The notes under the pieces are model-generated. The model made no database searches, had not been told where the DNA came from, and saw nothing but the letters and a program-made list of their open reading frames with translations. Both the position numbers and the translations under genes were made by a program. A stretch of 64,000 bases of DNA from Pachysolen tannophilus NRRL Y-2460 (lineage: Eukaryota): NCBI GenBank assembly GCA_001661245.1, contig KV454012.1:1012848-1076847 (forward strand), read 5' to 3'. Shown here piece after piece: positions 35,028-45,531 of this stretch (within the stretch, counting starts at the first letter, position 1; every line of letters begins with the position of its first letter).

Positions 35028-38000
35028 ATGACGGGTGAGGTTAATAGATCCAATTCCTCGATGTTTAGGCAAGGTTTGAATTCTGGTTCGGGATCTGGAT
35101 CTGGTTCTGGCACGGGATCTGGCTCGGGAGTGCATAATGATGGATACCAGCACCCAGAAAAGGTGGTGGTACCTGTGAAGAAATCGTCAATATTTGGACA
35201 ATCTTCAGCATCTTCTGTTCCTAAGCCATCGCCATCCGTATCTATATTTGTCCACAATAATAATAGTAATAATAACAATAGTAATAGTAACTCAGGTGGT
35301 GGTAGTGATATAAATAAGATAAGGAGGATACCAGTTCCTCAAATTTATTCAAAAAGTGAGAAACCTGTGGAACCAGTGGTGAAAAAGGCAAATGGTGATT
35401 CTTCACTAGAGAAAAAGGGGTTGCCCTTACCAGTAACTAATGGTGTACATATACATTCGAAGCAGAAATTAGATGATTCCAAGAAAAAAAAAGAGGTAGA
35501 AACAAAAGATTCTACCGTTAAAGAAAAAGAAGAAGAACAAGGTGAGAGGATTGGAAAAAAAGAAAAATCCAATTTAGTGAAAACTAGCTCACCTACCTTG
35601 GAAAATAGTAATACTAGCGAAAAGAAGGCTATTGACAGTATAGAGGGAAATCTTAGTCCAGTCAATACTTCTGCCAATATAAAGAAGAAAGAAACTATAG
35701 ATCAAGCAGTTAAAGTTTCAACAGAGAATTCTGATATACAAGTAAGTGATCTATCAAATATGGATACTAAGATTAATGATTCACTTCTTCAAGATAAATT
35801 CGATAAAAAGATTGATCATGAAAGTGATGATCTTACAAGGATTAACTCTTCAGAACAAAATGCCGATGCTGAAATTGTTAAAAAAGAAGAAAAAGAAGAA
35901 AAAGAACAAGATATAGCCGATTCAGAATATGAAACTGATACAGCAGAAACTTTACCAATGCCATCTCATAAAGGAAGAAGATTAATAAGAAAGTTGGAAT
36001 ATGATAACAGACTTCAAAAATTAAAGTCTAAATCTCATAATAATTCGGAAGAGGAAGATTATTTGAACAAAGACGAAGGTTTAAATTTGAAAAAAAGGAA
36101 AAAATCTTTTGACTCAGAGGGTCAAAACGTTTCTAGATCAGTATCTCCTTCTTTCCAAAATAAGAGAAAAATATCTAAAACGATTAAAGATGCTCTTGGA
36201 AGAACAAGATTACAAAAATGTTGTATTAAGGGAAAGTATGAAGAAGCTAAACAATTAATCCAAGACGGTGCCAATGTAAATGTAACAGATCATGCTGGAA
36301 ATACACCATTACATGAAGCAGCATTAAATGGACATTTTAACATTGCAAAATTATTGGTCCAAAATGGAGCAAAGGTTAACATTCAATCAGGACCTGATGA
36401 TTTAGATACACCATTAATCGATGCATGTTCTCATTGTCATTTAGATATAGTTAAATTATTATTAGCCAATGATGCTGATCCAAGGTTTGTTAATACTATG
36501 GGACAAACTGCTTTAGACTCTGTTGATGAAGATGAGGAAGATGCTCAGGAGATAATCAGGTTGCTAAAAGATGCTCACAAAAAATTTGAATCAAACGATA
36601 ATTCTAATTCTAACTATAGGAAACTGCCACTAACACATAATAACAGCTCCAGAAGTGATGCCACATGGATAGATTTAACGACAAGAGAAGGTAGAGATGA
36701 GATTTACCATCGTGCAGCTGATGGTGACGATGCATTTATTGGTAATTATCTAGCAAATGGTGGGAAACCTCATCCAAAAGCTTTGACTTTAGCTGCAAAA
36801 CATGGACATAGTAGCGTTGTTAGTTTGTTATTAGCCTTTGGTGCCAATATTGAGAAAGCAGATGAAAATGGAGAGACAGCTTTATTTCAAACTGTTGGAA
36901 GAGGTCATTTTGAAACCGTTCAGTTGTTGTTGAACAACGGTGCTAATCCAAAAAAAGTCAATACAAATGGTATAAGCGTTTTAGATAAGGCCAAAGACCC
37001 AAGTTCTGTGAATGACCCAAAGGAAATTGCTTTGTTGGAAAAAGCTATAGAAGACTACAAGAGCTCTGGTAAACCTGAAGTTAACGATGAGCGCAGAAAT
37101 TTTGAAGAAAAGAAAACTAAACGCAAACGTTCTAAGCATAAAGAGAACGTCAATAACAGCAGCTATGATCTCAATGATGATTACGATGAAGAAAAAGAGT
37201 TTAAAAAAGAAAGAAAATTAAAGAGAAAATTGGAATTAGAAAGAGAGGCTGAAGAACTTATGAATTCTGATCATCGTACTGGAAGAAGACAAGAAATTTC
37301 CCATAAGCGCCATGATGAAGATGAAGAAATTAGGAAGAAGAAAAAAAGAGACAAAGAAAAGAAATTGCGTGATTCTAATGGTATTGAAAAGGAATCCCAT
37401 TCTTTAAAAGATAGAAATGAAGAATTTAAGAGTAAGCTGTCACTGAAAGGTGAATCTAATTCAAGTTCAAAGGAACCAGAGCCAGTTACATCGGAAACTT
37501 CTCTTCGTCAACGTACCCACACACCTCCTGTGGCTCAAGTTACTTTAACTCCAGAAGAAATTGAAGCTAAAAAGGCAAAAGAACGTGAATTAGAAAAACA
37601 ACGTCAATTATACGAACAGCAAAGAAAAGCTAGAAGACAAGTAAGAGCTGCAGAAATTCTTAGTAGTATTGAAGAAGATAAGAAGAGAAGAGAACAAGAG
37701 TTGAAGAAGCTTGAGTTATTGGAGCAAGAAAGGGCTAAAATTGCAAAAGAAAAAGCCGAAGAAAAGGCAAAGTTGATTGAAGAGAGAAAAAAGATTGAAT
37801 TACAGAAGGAAGAAATTAGCCAGAGATTGTTTATTCGTGAACAATATCCTTATGGTCTAAAAATTGCCAAATTTAATGAAGAACGTTCCATAGAAGATGC
37901 ATTATTATACTTACCTTTGTATGTTGTTGAGAATCATGATGAAAAGCTCGTAACAGACTTACAGGTTATATTATTATTAGGTATCGAAAATTTTTATGAT

Positions 38001-38480
38001 AAGTACCAGAATTTAACGAAAACACCGGTTACTAATCCTGACAAGACCAAACTATGGAATTTTTATTTCCCAATCATTGGATATGACCGTTCAAAACAAT
38101 ATTCTAATCATGATTTTGAAAAAATTCGCCAAGAAGGTTTATCGAAATTTTTATCATTAGATGTCAATTGGATACGTTTAGCAGAAGTTGAAAAAATAAT
38201 CAATAAAGACTTTAAATTAATCACCAAAGCCATTGAAATCAAAGGATATTGTGAAATTGAATTTCTTCATGTACCTGTGGTCTCAAATACATTAACCAAC
38301 GGCTCGACAACAAATTCTTATTCCAACAACTCTCATGTTCAAACTAATTCTCTGTCTCAAATTTATCATGACGAACTTCAAACAGAGAGAGAAATTATTA
38401 ATGAAAACATTCCAAGAAAATTTAGAAATCGTGACTCTGTTTTAAGAGCTATTAATGCTGCTGAGAAAGGCCTATGGTAA
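35028..38480 (+). CDS. HOS4: Ankyrin-repeat Set3 complex subunit
   Basis: DALGRTRLQ...GNTPLHEAALNGH...DTPLIDA ankyrins, coiled coil, C-terminal YPYGL...YLPLY...DLQV. Syntenic with MSG5/SDP1. Confidence 0.85.
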   Translation: MTGEVNRSNSSMFRQGLNSGSGSGSGSGTGSGSGVHNDGYQHPEKVVVPVKKSSIFGQSSASSVPKPSPSVSIFVHNNNSNNNNSNSNSGGGSDINKIRRIPVPQIYSKSEKPVEPVVKKANGDSSLEKKGLPLPVTNGVHIHSKQKLDDSKKKKEVETKDSTVKEKEEEQGERIGKKEKSNLVKTSSPTLENSNTSEKKAIDSIEGNLSPVNTSANIKKKETIDQAVKVSTENSDIQVSDLSNMDTKINDSLLQDKFDKKIDHESDDLTRINSSEQNADAEIVKKEEKEEKEQDIADSEYETDTAETLPMPSHKGRRLIRKLEYDNRLQKLKSKSHNNSEEEDYLNKDEGLNLKKRKKSFDSEGQNVSRSVSPSFQNKRKISKTIKDALGRTRLQKCCIKGKYEEAKQLIQDGANVNVTDHAGNTPLHEAALNGHFNIAKLLVQNGAKVNIQSGPDDLDTPLIDACSHCHLDIVKLLLANDADPRFVNTMGQTALDSVDEDEEDAQEIIRLLKDAHKKFESNDNSNSNYRKLPLTHNNSSRSDATWIDLTTREGRDEIYHRAADGDDAFIGNYLANGGKPHPKALTLAAKHGHSSVVSLLLAFGANIEKADENGETALFQTVGRGHFETVQLLLNNGANPKKVNTNGISVLDKAKDPSSVNDPKEIALLEKAIEDYKSSGKPEVNDERRNFEEKKTKRKRSKHKENVNNSSYDLNDDYDEEKEFKKERKLKRKLELEREAEELMNSDHRTGRRQEISHKRHDEDEEIRKKKKRDKEKKLRDSNGIEKESHSLKDRNEEFKSKLSLKGESNSSSKEPEPVTSETSLRQRTHTPPVAQVTLTPEEIEAKKAKERELEKQRQLYEQQRKARRQVRAAEILSSIEEDKKRREQELKKLELLEQERAKIAKEKAEEKAKLIEERKKIELQKEEISQRLFIREQYPYGLKIAKFNEERSIEDALLYLPLYVVENHDEKLVTDLQVILLLGIENFYDKYQNLTKTPVTNPDKTKLWNFYFPIIGYDRSKQYSNHDFEKIRQEGLSKFLSLDVNWIRLAEVEKIINKDFKLITKAIEIKGYCEIEFLHVPVVSNTLTNGSTTNSYSNNSHVQTNSLSQIYHDELQTEREIINENIPRKFRNRDSVLRAINAAEKGLW

Positions 38481-38881
38481 ACGACTTTCTGCTCCTTTCA
38501 TCCTGTATTTTCTATACTTATTATTTGTATTTTTATTGATTATTTTTGGTGTTAACTATTTTTTTATTCTTTTAAGGTTAATTTTATACACTTTTTTTGG
38601 GTTTTCAAGGTTCGTTTTTTCCCCTGTTTTTTCTTTTTTTTATCTCTTGTTAATAACTTGTATTATAATTAATATTACGGTGTATTTAGTGAATATCTAT
38701 CACCATATACGATGAAGTATTTAATCAACTATTTGAAGTTTGTTTGTAAATACGCTCCGAGATGAGAAGGAGAAAAATAAAAATAAAAAAATAAAAAATT
38801 TTTTTGTAAGTAACAATTTAAAGTTATCTTTATATAATTTAAATGTTCTCTAACTGATAATGAAAGGATCATTATAGAAGA

Positions 38882-39762
38882 ATGTCTGAATATAAGAAGT
38901 ATGTTTTCGGTTCTGAAAAATTTGTGAAATTTGTGAAATTAAATGATAGAGAGTTTACTAACGCTTTAACTAATTTTGTAGAGTTTCAAGGGCAGAGCTT
39001 TTTGATAAAGATTCTTCATCAAGTGAGTCTGAAGAGGAATTAACATTACCGGCTATTGAATTTGAGTTCACTGGACCATTAGTGACGGGTACTTCTGGAA
39101 CCGTGGGGAATAGTGGAAATGAGGCAAGTAATGAGCTTCAAGAGGTGTTTGATTTTCAGGGAAATGATAATGAGGATGAACAAGAATTTGAGTTTCCATT
39201 ATTTGCAACATTTGGTGGAGAAAAAGAGATCAACAACAACAATGTGATTACTGATGAAAAAAGAGGTAGGTCTGAATCAAAACTTTTAAAAATTTCTTTA
39301 AGGGAACCATCAGTTGAAAAAATTGTACAGACAAGACCTAAACAATACTATTTTAGTGAATATTCTAACACAGAGAGAAAACAATTTGAAGCTGTGGCAA
39401 TAACGGGAGAAGAAATCAAGGATCAAAGTTTGATAAGCTTTCCAGATTCACATTCATGGAGAGTAATAGATTTGAATTCTTATAATGACAAAATAGAAAA
39501 GGAGATTTTAAAAGCACAAAGGAAAAAAACACTGAAACGACCTGGAAAGAAAAAAAGAATGAATATTATAAAATGTAGAGAAAGAAAAGCTGAACGATCC
39601 AAAATACAAAAAGAATTGGAGAAAAAAGAGAAAGCTAGGTTAATGAAGAAAATGTACCATAAGAGAGGTGGAAAGAAAAATAAGAAAAAGACTTCAGCGT
39701 TAAATTCTAATCAAAAAGCTACTAGTACTACTACAAATAAACCCAAATATAGAACTGAATAA
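38882..39762 (+). CDS. YNL050C-like protein, 2 exons
   Basis: Exon 1 (38882-38898), intron 38899-38981 (GTATGT...TACTAAC...TAG). VSRAELF...EFEFPLF...RPKQYYF...KRPGKKKR and a basic tail ending KYRTE. Confidence 0.85.
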
Positions 39763-39826
39763 CTAGTTAATGTACATTAATAATAATAATCATAATAAAA
39801 AATAAAAAAAAAAGAAAAAAGAGAAT

Positions 39827-41074
39827 TCACCTTCTGGTATTATCTTTATCCAAAGCGTTAACGCTATTTAGCATCATTCTAGCTTCAATCCCATCTTCTT
39901 TCATAGTTTCTGAAAAATCACTGCTTAAAATATTGTGCTTGATTGAATTTCTAATACTAGTACCGTAAGTTCTCAATGATTTAGCAACTGGTCCTCCGCG
40001 ATTTAAAGTTTCTTTTAATTTCGATTCAAAACCTGTAGCTATATCTCTCCAAAATGCAGATAAAAAGCTTTGTAAGTCCAAAATCTTGGAGACTTCTTCC
40101 AACATTGTACCTGGTGAATTATTAGTATTGGAATCATTATTCTGGTTGCTATTAGAGCTTGATATTGAAACATTATTTGTATTTACTGACCAACTTAGTT
40201 GTGACATCTTTGTGGAAATTTTAGAAATAATTAACCCTTTATTTGTTACATCTTTAAATGCGTTTTCGAAATTTCTTGGACTAGTTAAAGTCTTGGATAA
40301 TATATTCAAAGATATTGAAACTTGATCATTTAAAAACTGTTGAACAGAATTACATAAACCTTCTGGTGATATTATTGAATATGCAATTAATATATTAGCA
40401 ATAATACCTTGATCTGTTGTAGGTTTGAAATTTTTAAAATTTAAACGGCAAACATCTTGAAATTTCAATTTATGTGTTTGTAAAATAGAATCATAATCTC
40501 TAACTATTTTCAAACTTTTCAAATATGGAGAATCATTTAAATGTTTTTTTAATGAATTATAATGATTACAAGCTTTAACTAAATCTCTAAATGGTGACTG
40601 ACCAATCATTTCATTATTACTTGCCTCTTCCAAATTTTGAATTAAATGAATAAAGTATGTGGCACTTCTCAATAACGTTGATGTTGTATGTATTCTCTTT
40701 AAAGCACCATGTAATTCCATTGCTTCTGTATATGGTTTTACAATATCTTTATCTAATTTTGAAAAAGATTTATTCACTTGAGTTAATGATGGATTCAACA
40801 ATTGAAAATGCATTTGTACATCATCCAACTTGTTCACTTCTTTCATCAATATCTCATAGTTATCACCTGCTAATGTCACTACTCGCTTATCCACTTCATT
40901 TAAATCATAACCTAATCTTTTTGAAGGTGTTGTTAAATCCAATTCATTGTCATAATTTGTATTTGTTGCCAATATCAACTCATTTGCAAATTCCATTGCA
41001 TTAAAATCATTTTCTAAAAAAGCTTCAAAATCAGTCAATTCATTCAAATCATCACTTCCCTTCTCTAAAGACAT
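39827..41074 (-). CDS. COG5: COG complex subunit 5
   Basis: DFEAFLENDFNAMEFANELILATN...LDLTTPSKRLGYDLNEVD and C-terminal NRGGPVAKSL. Confidence 0.9.
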   Translation of the reverse strand: MSLEKGSDDLNELTDFEAFLENDFNAMEFANELILATNTNYDNELDLTTPSKRLGYDLNEVDKRVVTLAGDNYEILMKEVNKLDDVQMHFQLLNPSLTQVNKSFSKLDKDIVKPYTEAMELHGALKRIHTTSTLLRSATYFIHLIQNLEEASNNEMIGQSPFRDLVKACNHYNSLKKHLNDSPYLKSLKIVRDYDSILQTHKLKFQDVCRLNFKNFKPTTDQGIIANILIAYSIISPEGLCNSVQQFLNDQVSISLNILSKTLTSPRNFENAFKDVTNKGLIISKISTKMSQLSWSVNTNNVSISSSNSNQNNDSNTNNSPGTMLEEVSKILDLQSFLSAFWRDIATGFESKLKETLNRGGPVAKSLRTYGTSIRNSIKHNILSSDFSETMKEDGIEARMMLNSVNALDKDNTRR

Positions 41075-41309
41075 TATCACTCCCTTAAGAAGAAGAAGAA
41101 AAAAAATATATATATTTTTTAAATTAATTGATTAATAGTTTAAATTATATAAATATAAAAACTATACAAATTTTTTACATCTTTTAAATTATTTAAAACC
41201 GGTCGTGAGTGTCTCTACACTAATTACAATGATGTTAAATAACAAATTACAAATCATAATTTAGTAAAAGAAAGAAGATAGATTAGAGATTAGATGGTAA
41301 AAGTGGTTT

Positions 41310-42437
41310 CTATGATATTTTAATGATTGATCTTCTCAAGTTTGATTGTAATTTTTGTACTTTATATTGGATATTTGCACCTTTTTCAATTCTATCATTT
41401 AAGTATTGTAAGAACTGATTAATACTTCCACCAACACCAAAATAAATATCTTTTGCAGCTACAATTGCTAAAGTTTCCAAATTATTTAAATTTTTAACTT
41501 CTATCTTGTTGAGTTGTTTTATTAGATTAAGAATTTCTATTATTAATTCTCCAACTATTGGTAAAATAGTTGGAGAATAAATAGTTTCAGAAGAAATTAT
41601 CAAATTTGACCTTTGAGGTTGAATTAACTGATTATTAATGATTATATTCATAAATTCCCTATTCCATGATCCTAATATTAATTTTAATTCAATCTTATTA
41701 TCTATTAGTGATTGTATAAAATTTTCAATTAATTTTTCTGTAATTTGTAATTCATCTTCTATTATTGGAACATCATCTATTGATTTTTGTAAATCAATTA
41801 ATTTTTCTTTTGTTAAAGTTGTTGACCAATTAATAATTAAATTAGGTAATGTAACTAATCTTAAAACTGAAAGATTATAATCAGAAAGTATAAATGAAAT
41901 ATTTCTATTAATTTTTTGTTCAATTTGTTTTTTGAAGAAAAAACAAGAAGGAAGAGCTGTACCACAACCTAATTCAATAAAATTAAAATTATTATTTTCA
42001 TTTATTAATTTTGAATTAGATAATAAATCCACCACATCAAATGAACATTCCCAACTTTTTAATCCACCTTCATAAACTTGATTTTTCAAATCTTCATTTG
42101 TATCACCCATTAATATTTTCACTTCATCTGGATCCATCATTGTATTATTACCTTCTTCAACCATTAACTGATGTTTAACATCAAAAAGCTCTCTTCTGAA
42201 AACAACATTCCCCAGTCCAGTTAAAGTCCTTGTAAATGTAAATCTATTACCAATTAAAGTTTTTAATAATTCTTCAATATTGACTAATTTTGGGTGATGA
42301 GATGAACTTATTTTTAAATTATCTAATGGATTTGTAAAAATTGAATTTTCTTTAAAATTTTCATTTTTTAAAAATCCATTTTTTACGTCTTCATCATCAC
42401 TAAGATCTTCTGATGAGAACCCAAATGCAAAAGACAT
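41310..42437 (-). CDS. HPM1: Histidine methyltransferase of Rpl3
   Basis: MSFAFGF, RRELFDVKHQLM, VYEGGLKSWECS.D, ELGCGTALP, SETIYS and AAKDIYFGVGG. Confidence 0.93.
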   Translation of the reverse strand: MSFAFGFSSEDLSDDEDVKNGFLKNENFKENSIFTNPLDNLKISSSHHPKLVNIEELLKTLIGNRFTFTRTLTGLGNVVFRRELFDVKHQLMVEEGNNTMMDPDEVKILMGDTNEDLKNQVYEGGLKSWECSFDVVDLLSNSKLINENNNFNFIELGCGTALPSCFFFKKQIEQKINRNISFILSDYNLSVLRLVTLPNLIINWSTTLTKEKLIDLQKSIDDVPIIEDELQITEKLIENFIQSLIDNKIELKLILGSWNREFMNIIINNQLIQPQRSNLIISSETIYSPTILPIVGELIIEILNLIKQLNKIEVKNLNNLETLAIVAAKDIYFGVGGSINQFLQYLNDRIEKGANIQYKVQKLQSNLRRSIIKIS

Positions 42438-42778
42438 CTCCAACAATAACTAGTAATTTAAATGATATATATATATATATATATTTATATAGGAAAAAGT
42501 GAAAAATAGTGAAAAATAGTGAAAATTTACTAAAAATGGATGTTTTGAATAAAAGTTTCTCACAACCAGCTAGATAATAGAGATAATAATAATAGATAAT
42601 TTAAAATTATTACTTTTAAAGTTGAAATAAAACTCTTCCAAACGTAAAATGTAAAGTAAATATTAATAACAAATCATAAAAAAATATTACTGAAAAATGC
42701 TTCTTCCTTTGAAAAAAAAAATAAAATAAAAAGATAGAAAAAATTTAAAATAATATATGAAAAAAAAGACAAAAACAA

Positions 42779-42819
<41 letters not shown>

Positions 42820-42923
42820 GAAAGAGATAAGATTTCAATATGGAGCTTTATAAATTTTTTAAACAATAAATAAATAATTTCTAATCAAAAATTCTTCTTC
42901 ATCAATATTTTTTCTTTTTTTTT

Positions 42924-43774
42924 NNNNNNNNNNNNNNNNNNNNNNNNNNNNNNNNNNNNNNNNNNNNNNNNNNNNNNNNNNNNNNNNNNNNNNNNNNNNN
43001 NNNNNNNNNNNNNNNNNNNNNNNNNNNNNNNNNNNNNNNNNNNNNNNNNNNNNNNNNNNNNNNNNNNNNNNNNNNNNNNNNNNNNNNNNNNNNNNNNNNN
43101 NNNNNNNNNNNNNNNNNNNNNNNNNNNNNNNNNNNNNNNNNNNNNNNNNNNNNNNNNNNNNNNNNNNNNNNNNNNNNNNNNNNNNNNNNNNNNNNNNNNN
43201 NNNNNNNNNNNNNNNNNNNNNNNNNNNNNNNNNNNNNNNNNNNNNNNNNNNNNNNNNNNNNNNNNNNNNNNNNNNNNNNNNNNNNNNNNNNNNNNNNNNN
43301 NNNNNNNNNNNNNNNNNNNNNNNNNNNNNNNNNNNNNNNNNNNNNNNNNNNNNNNNNNNNNNNNNNNNNNNNNNNNNNNNNNNNNNNNNNNNNNNNNNNN
43401 NNNNNNNNNNNNNNNNNNNNNNNNNNNNNNNNNNNNNNNNNNNNNNNNNNNNNNNNNNNNNNNNNNNNNNNNNNNNNNNNNNNNNNNNNNNNNNNNNNNN
43501 NNNNNNNNNNNNNNNNNNNNNNNNNNNNNNNNNNNNNNNNNNNNNNNNNNNNNNNNNNNNNNNNNNNNNNNNNNNNNNNNNNNNNNNNNNNNNNNNNNNN
43601 NNNNNNNNNNNNNNNNNNNNNNNNNNNNNNNNNNNNNNNNNNNNNNNNNNNNNNNNNNNNNNNNNNNNNNNNNNNNNNNNNNNNNNNNNNNNNNNNNNNN
43701 NNNNNNNNNNNNNNNNNNNNNNNNNNNNNNNNNNNNNNNNNNNNNNNNNNNNNNNNNNNNNNNNNNNNNNNNNN
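42924..43774. other. Assembly gap (N run)
   Basis: Run of n adjoining a poly-T. It hides most of COX5. Confidence 1.
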
Positions 43775-43915
43775 TAATTCCTTCTGGTCAACATCTGGTA
43801 AAGATTCCCATCTTTTCTCTAAATGTGCAACTGTTGCATTAGATAAAGCTGAAACATTTCTAATACCAATAGCTCTTTGTAAAGTTGGAATAGATCTAAC
43901 TGATTGTCTCAACAT
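43775..43915 (-). CDS. COX5: Cytochrome c oxidase subunit V, 5' part only
   Basis: MLRQSVRSI...ALSNATVAHLEKRWESLPDVDQKEL, then the gap. Syntenic with HOS4/HPM1/COG5. Confidence 0.85.
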
Positions 43916-44605
43916 TCTTCTTTTTATCTATAAATCAAATAATCTGTTAGTTATTTCCTTTAAATTTTTTTTCTTTTTTTTTCTTTTTCAAAAAAAAATA
44001 TATATATATATATATAATATAATATAATATATATATATTTATTAGTAGTATATTAGACCAATCGAATATTATTATTATGGTGCTACTTTTTTCCCTGTTT
44101 TTTTTTTTTTGGTTTTTTTGTTTGGTGAAAAATTTAGTTAGCGCGAAAAAAAAAGAGAGAAAAAACAGAAAAAAAAAGAACGTTTTGAGCACTGCACACA
44201 CGATCTTTTGTTATTTTTCACATCTTTTTTTTCTTTGTTAACAGCGATGATGCGTTTAGCCTTTTAAAAAAATAAAAATTAAAAAAACATGAATTGGAAT
44301 TTTTTTTTAAAAATCTGAAGAATTTAATTGGCTATTGCAAATTTGTGCACTTTGCACACTACTGATGTACAATAGATGCACTACTAAAAATGGATGAAGA
44401 TTAACAAATAACAAGTAACATAATAATAACAAGGGGAAACCCATAGAACAATTGTTTAAGACTATAATGATGGAGTAGAATATAACCTAAAATGGTGTAA
44501 CTGTACTTGATATGGATTCATCATTGTCAATGTAGTAAGCGCCATTAGCCAATGTGTGTAAAAATTGAAACCAACTTGTAATTTAAAATAGCCGCCCATA
44601 GAACC

Positions 44606-44639
<34 letters not shown>

Positions 44640-45282
44640 GGTTCTGGTATATTAAGTCACTTCATTACAGAGTTGATATAATATTTGCTCAAGCCTACCA
44701 AACTTAGAAATTTGCTCAACTTCAAAAGTGATAAACAACCCAATTCACCAAAAAAAGAAAAGAAATCTTGGATTTGAGATTAAGATTGGGATCAGCAATA
44801 ATAATTTCGATTTAAAATTCTAATATAATCAACATATTTGGAATATACTTACATTTTCGTTTCTAGTTATCTGGTAAACTTCTTTTTTTTTTTATTTTGT
44901 TTTGTGTTTTTTTTTTTTGACTAATAATAAATAATAAGTTAAAAAGTTTGTCTTAAAACAAAATATATATATAAAGAGAGAAATTTAGCGCTGTAACTAG
45001 TAATTAATAGTAGCAGCGAAAAAAAAAGAAAAAATTCAACTTTTTTTTTTTCTCTCTCTCTTTTTAAGTGAGCCGATTTTTAACAACCAGTCAAAAATAA
45101 AAGATTTCAAAAAAGAAAAAAAAAATTTTTAATTATGGGTGAAAACTTGATCTTTTATACACTTCTTTTTTCAATCTAGTTAAAAAATTATATATATATA
45201 TGTATGTATATATATTATATAGATAGATAAAGGTGAAAGATATAACAAACATTCAACAACGGAATAACGACAAAAAGATTAA

Positions 45283-45327
<45 letters not shown>

Positions 45328-45531
45328 AAGAAAGGAAAAATAAAATAATTTTAGAAAAAGTTCGTAAAAAAAAAAAAAAATAAAAAATAATAATAGTAGG
45401 TTTTGAAGAAAGAAAAAAAAAACACACACCCACGCAAACACACTCAATCACTAACTCACACAGACTTACTTATTTTCAGTGAAATCTCTTTCTGCTGTTT
45501 TTTTTTTTTTATATATATTATTTTTTTTGTT

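Noticed and set aside
42859..43794. Long poly-X ORFs here and at 54526-55038
   Set aside because: Artefacts of translating N gaps. Only the COX5 N-terminus is real.
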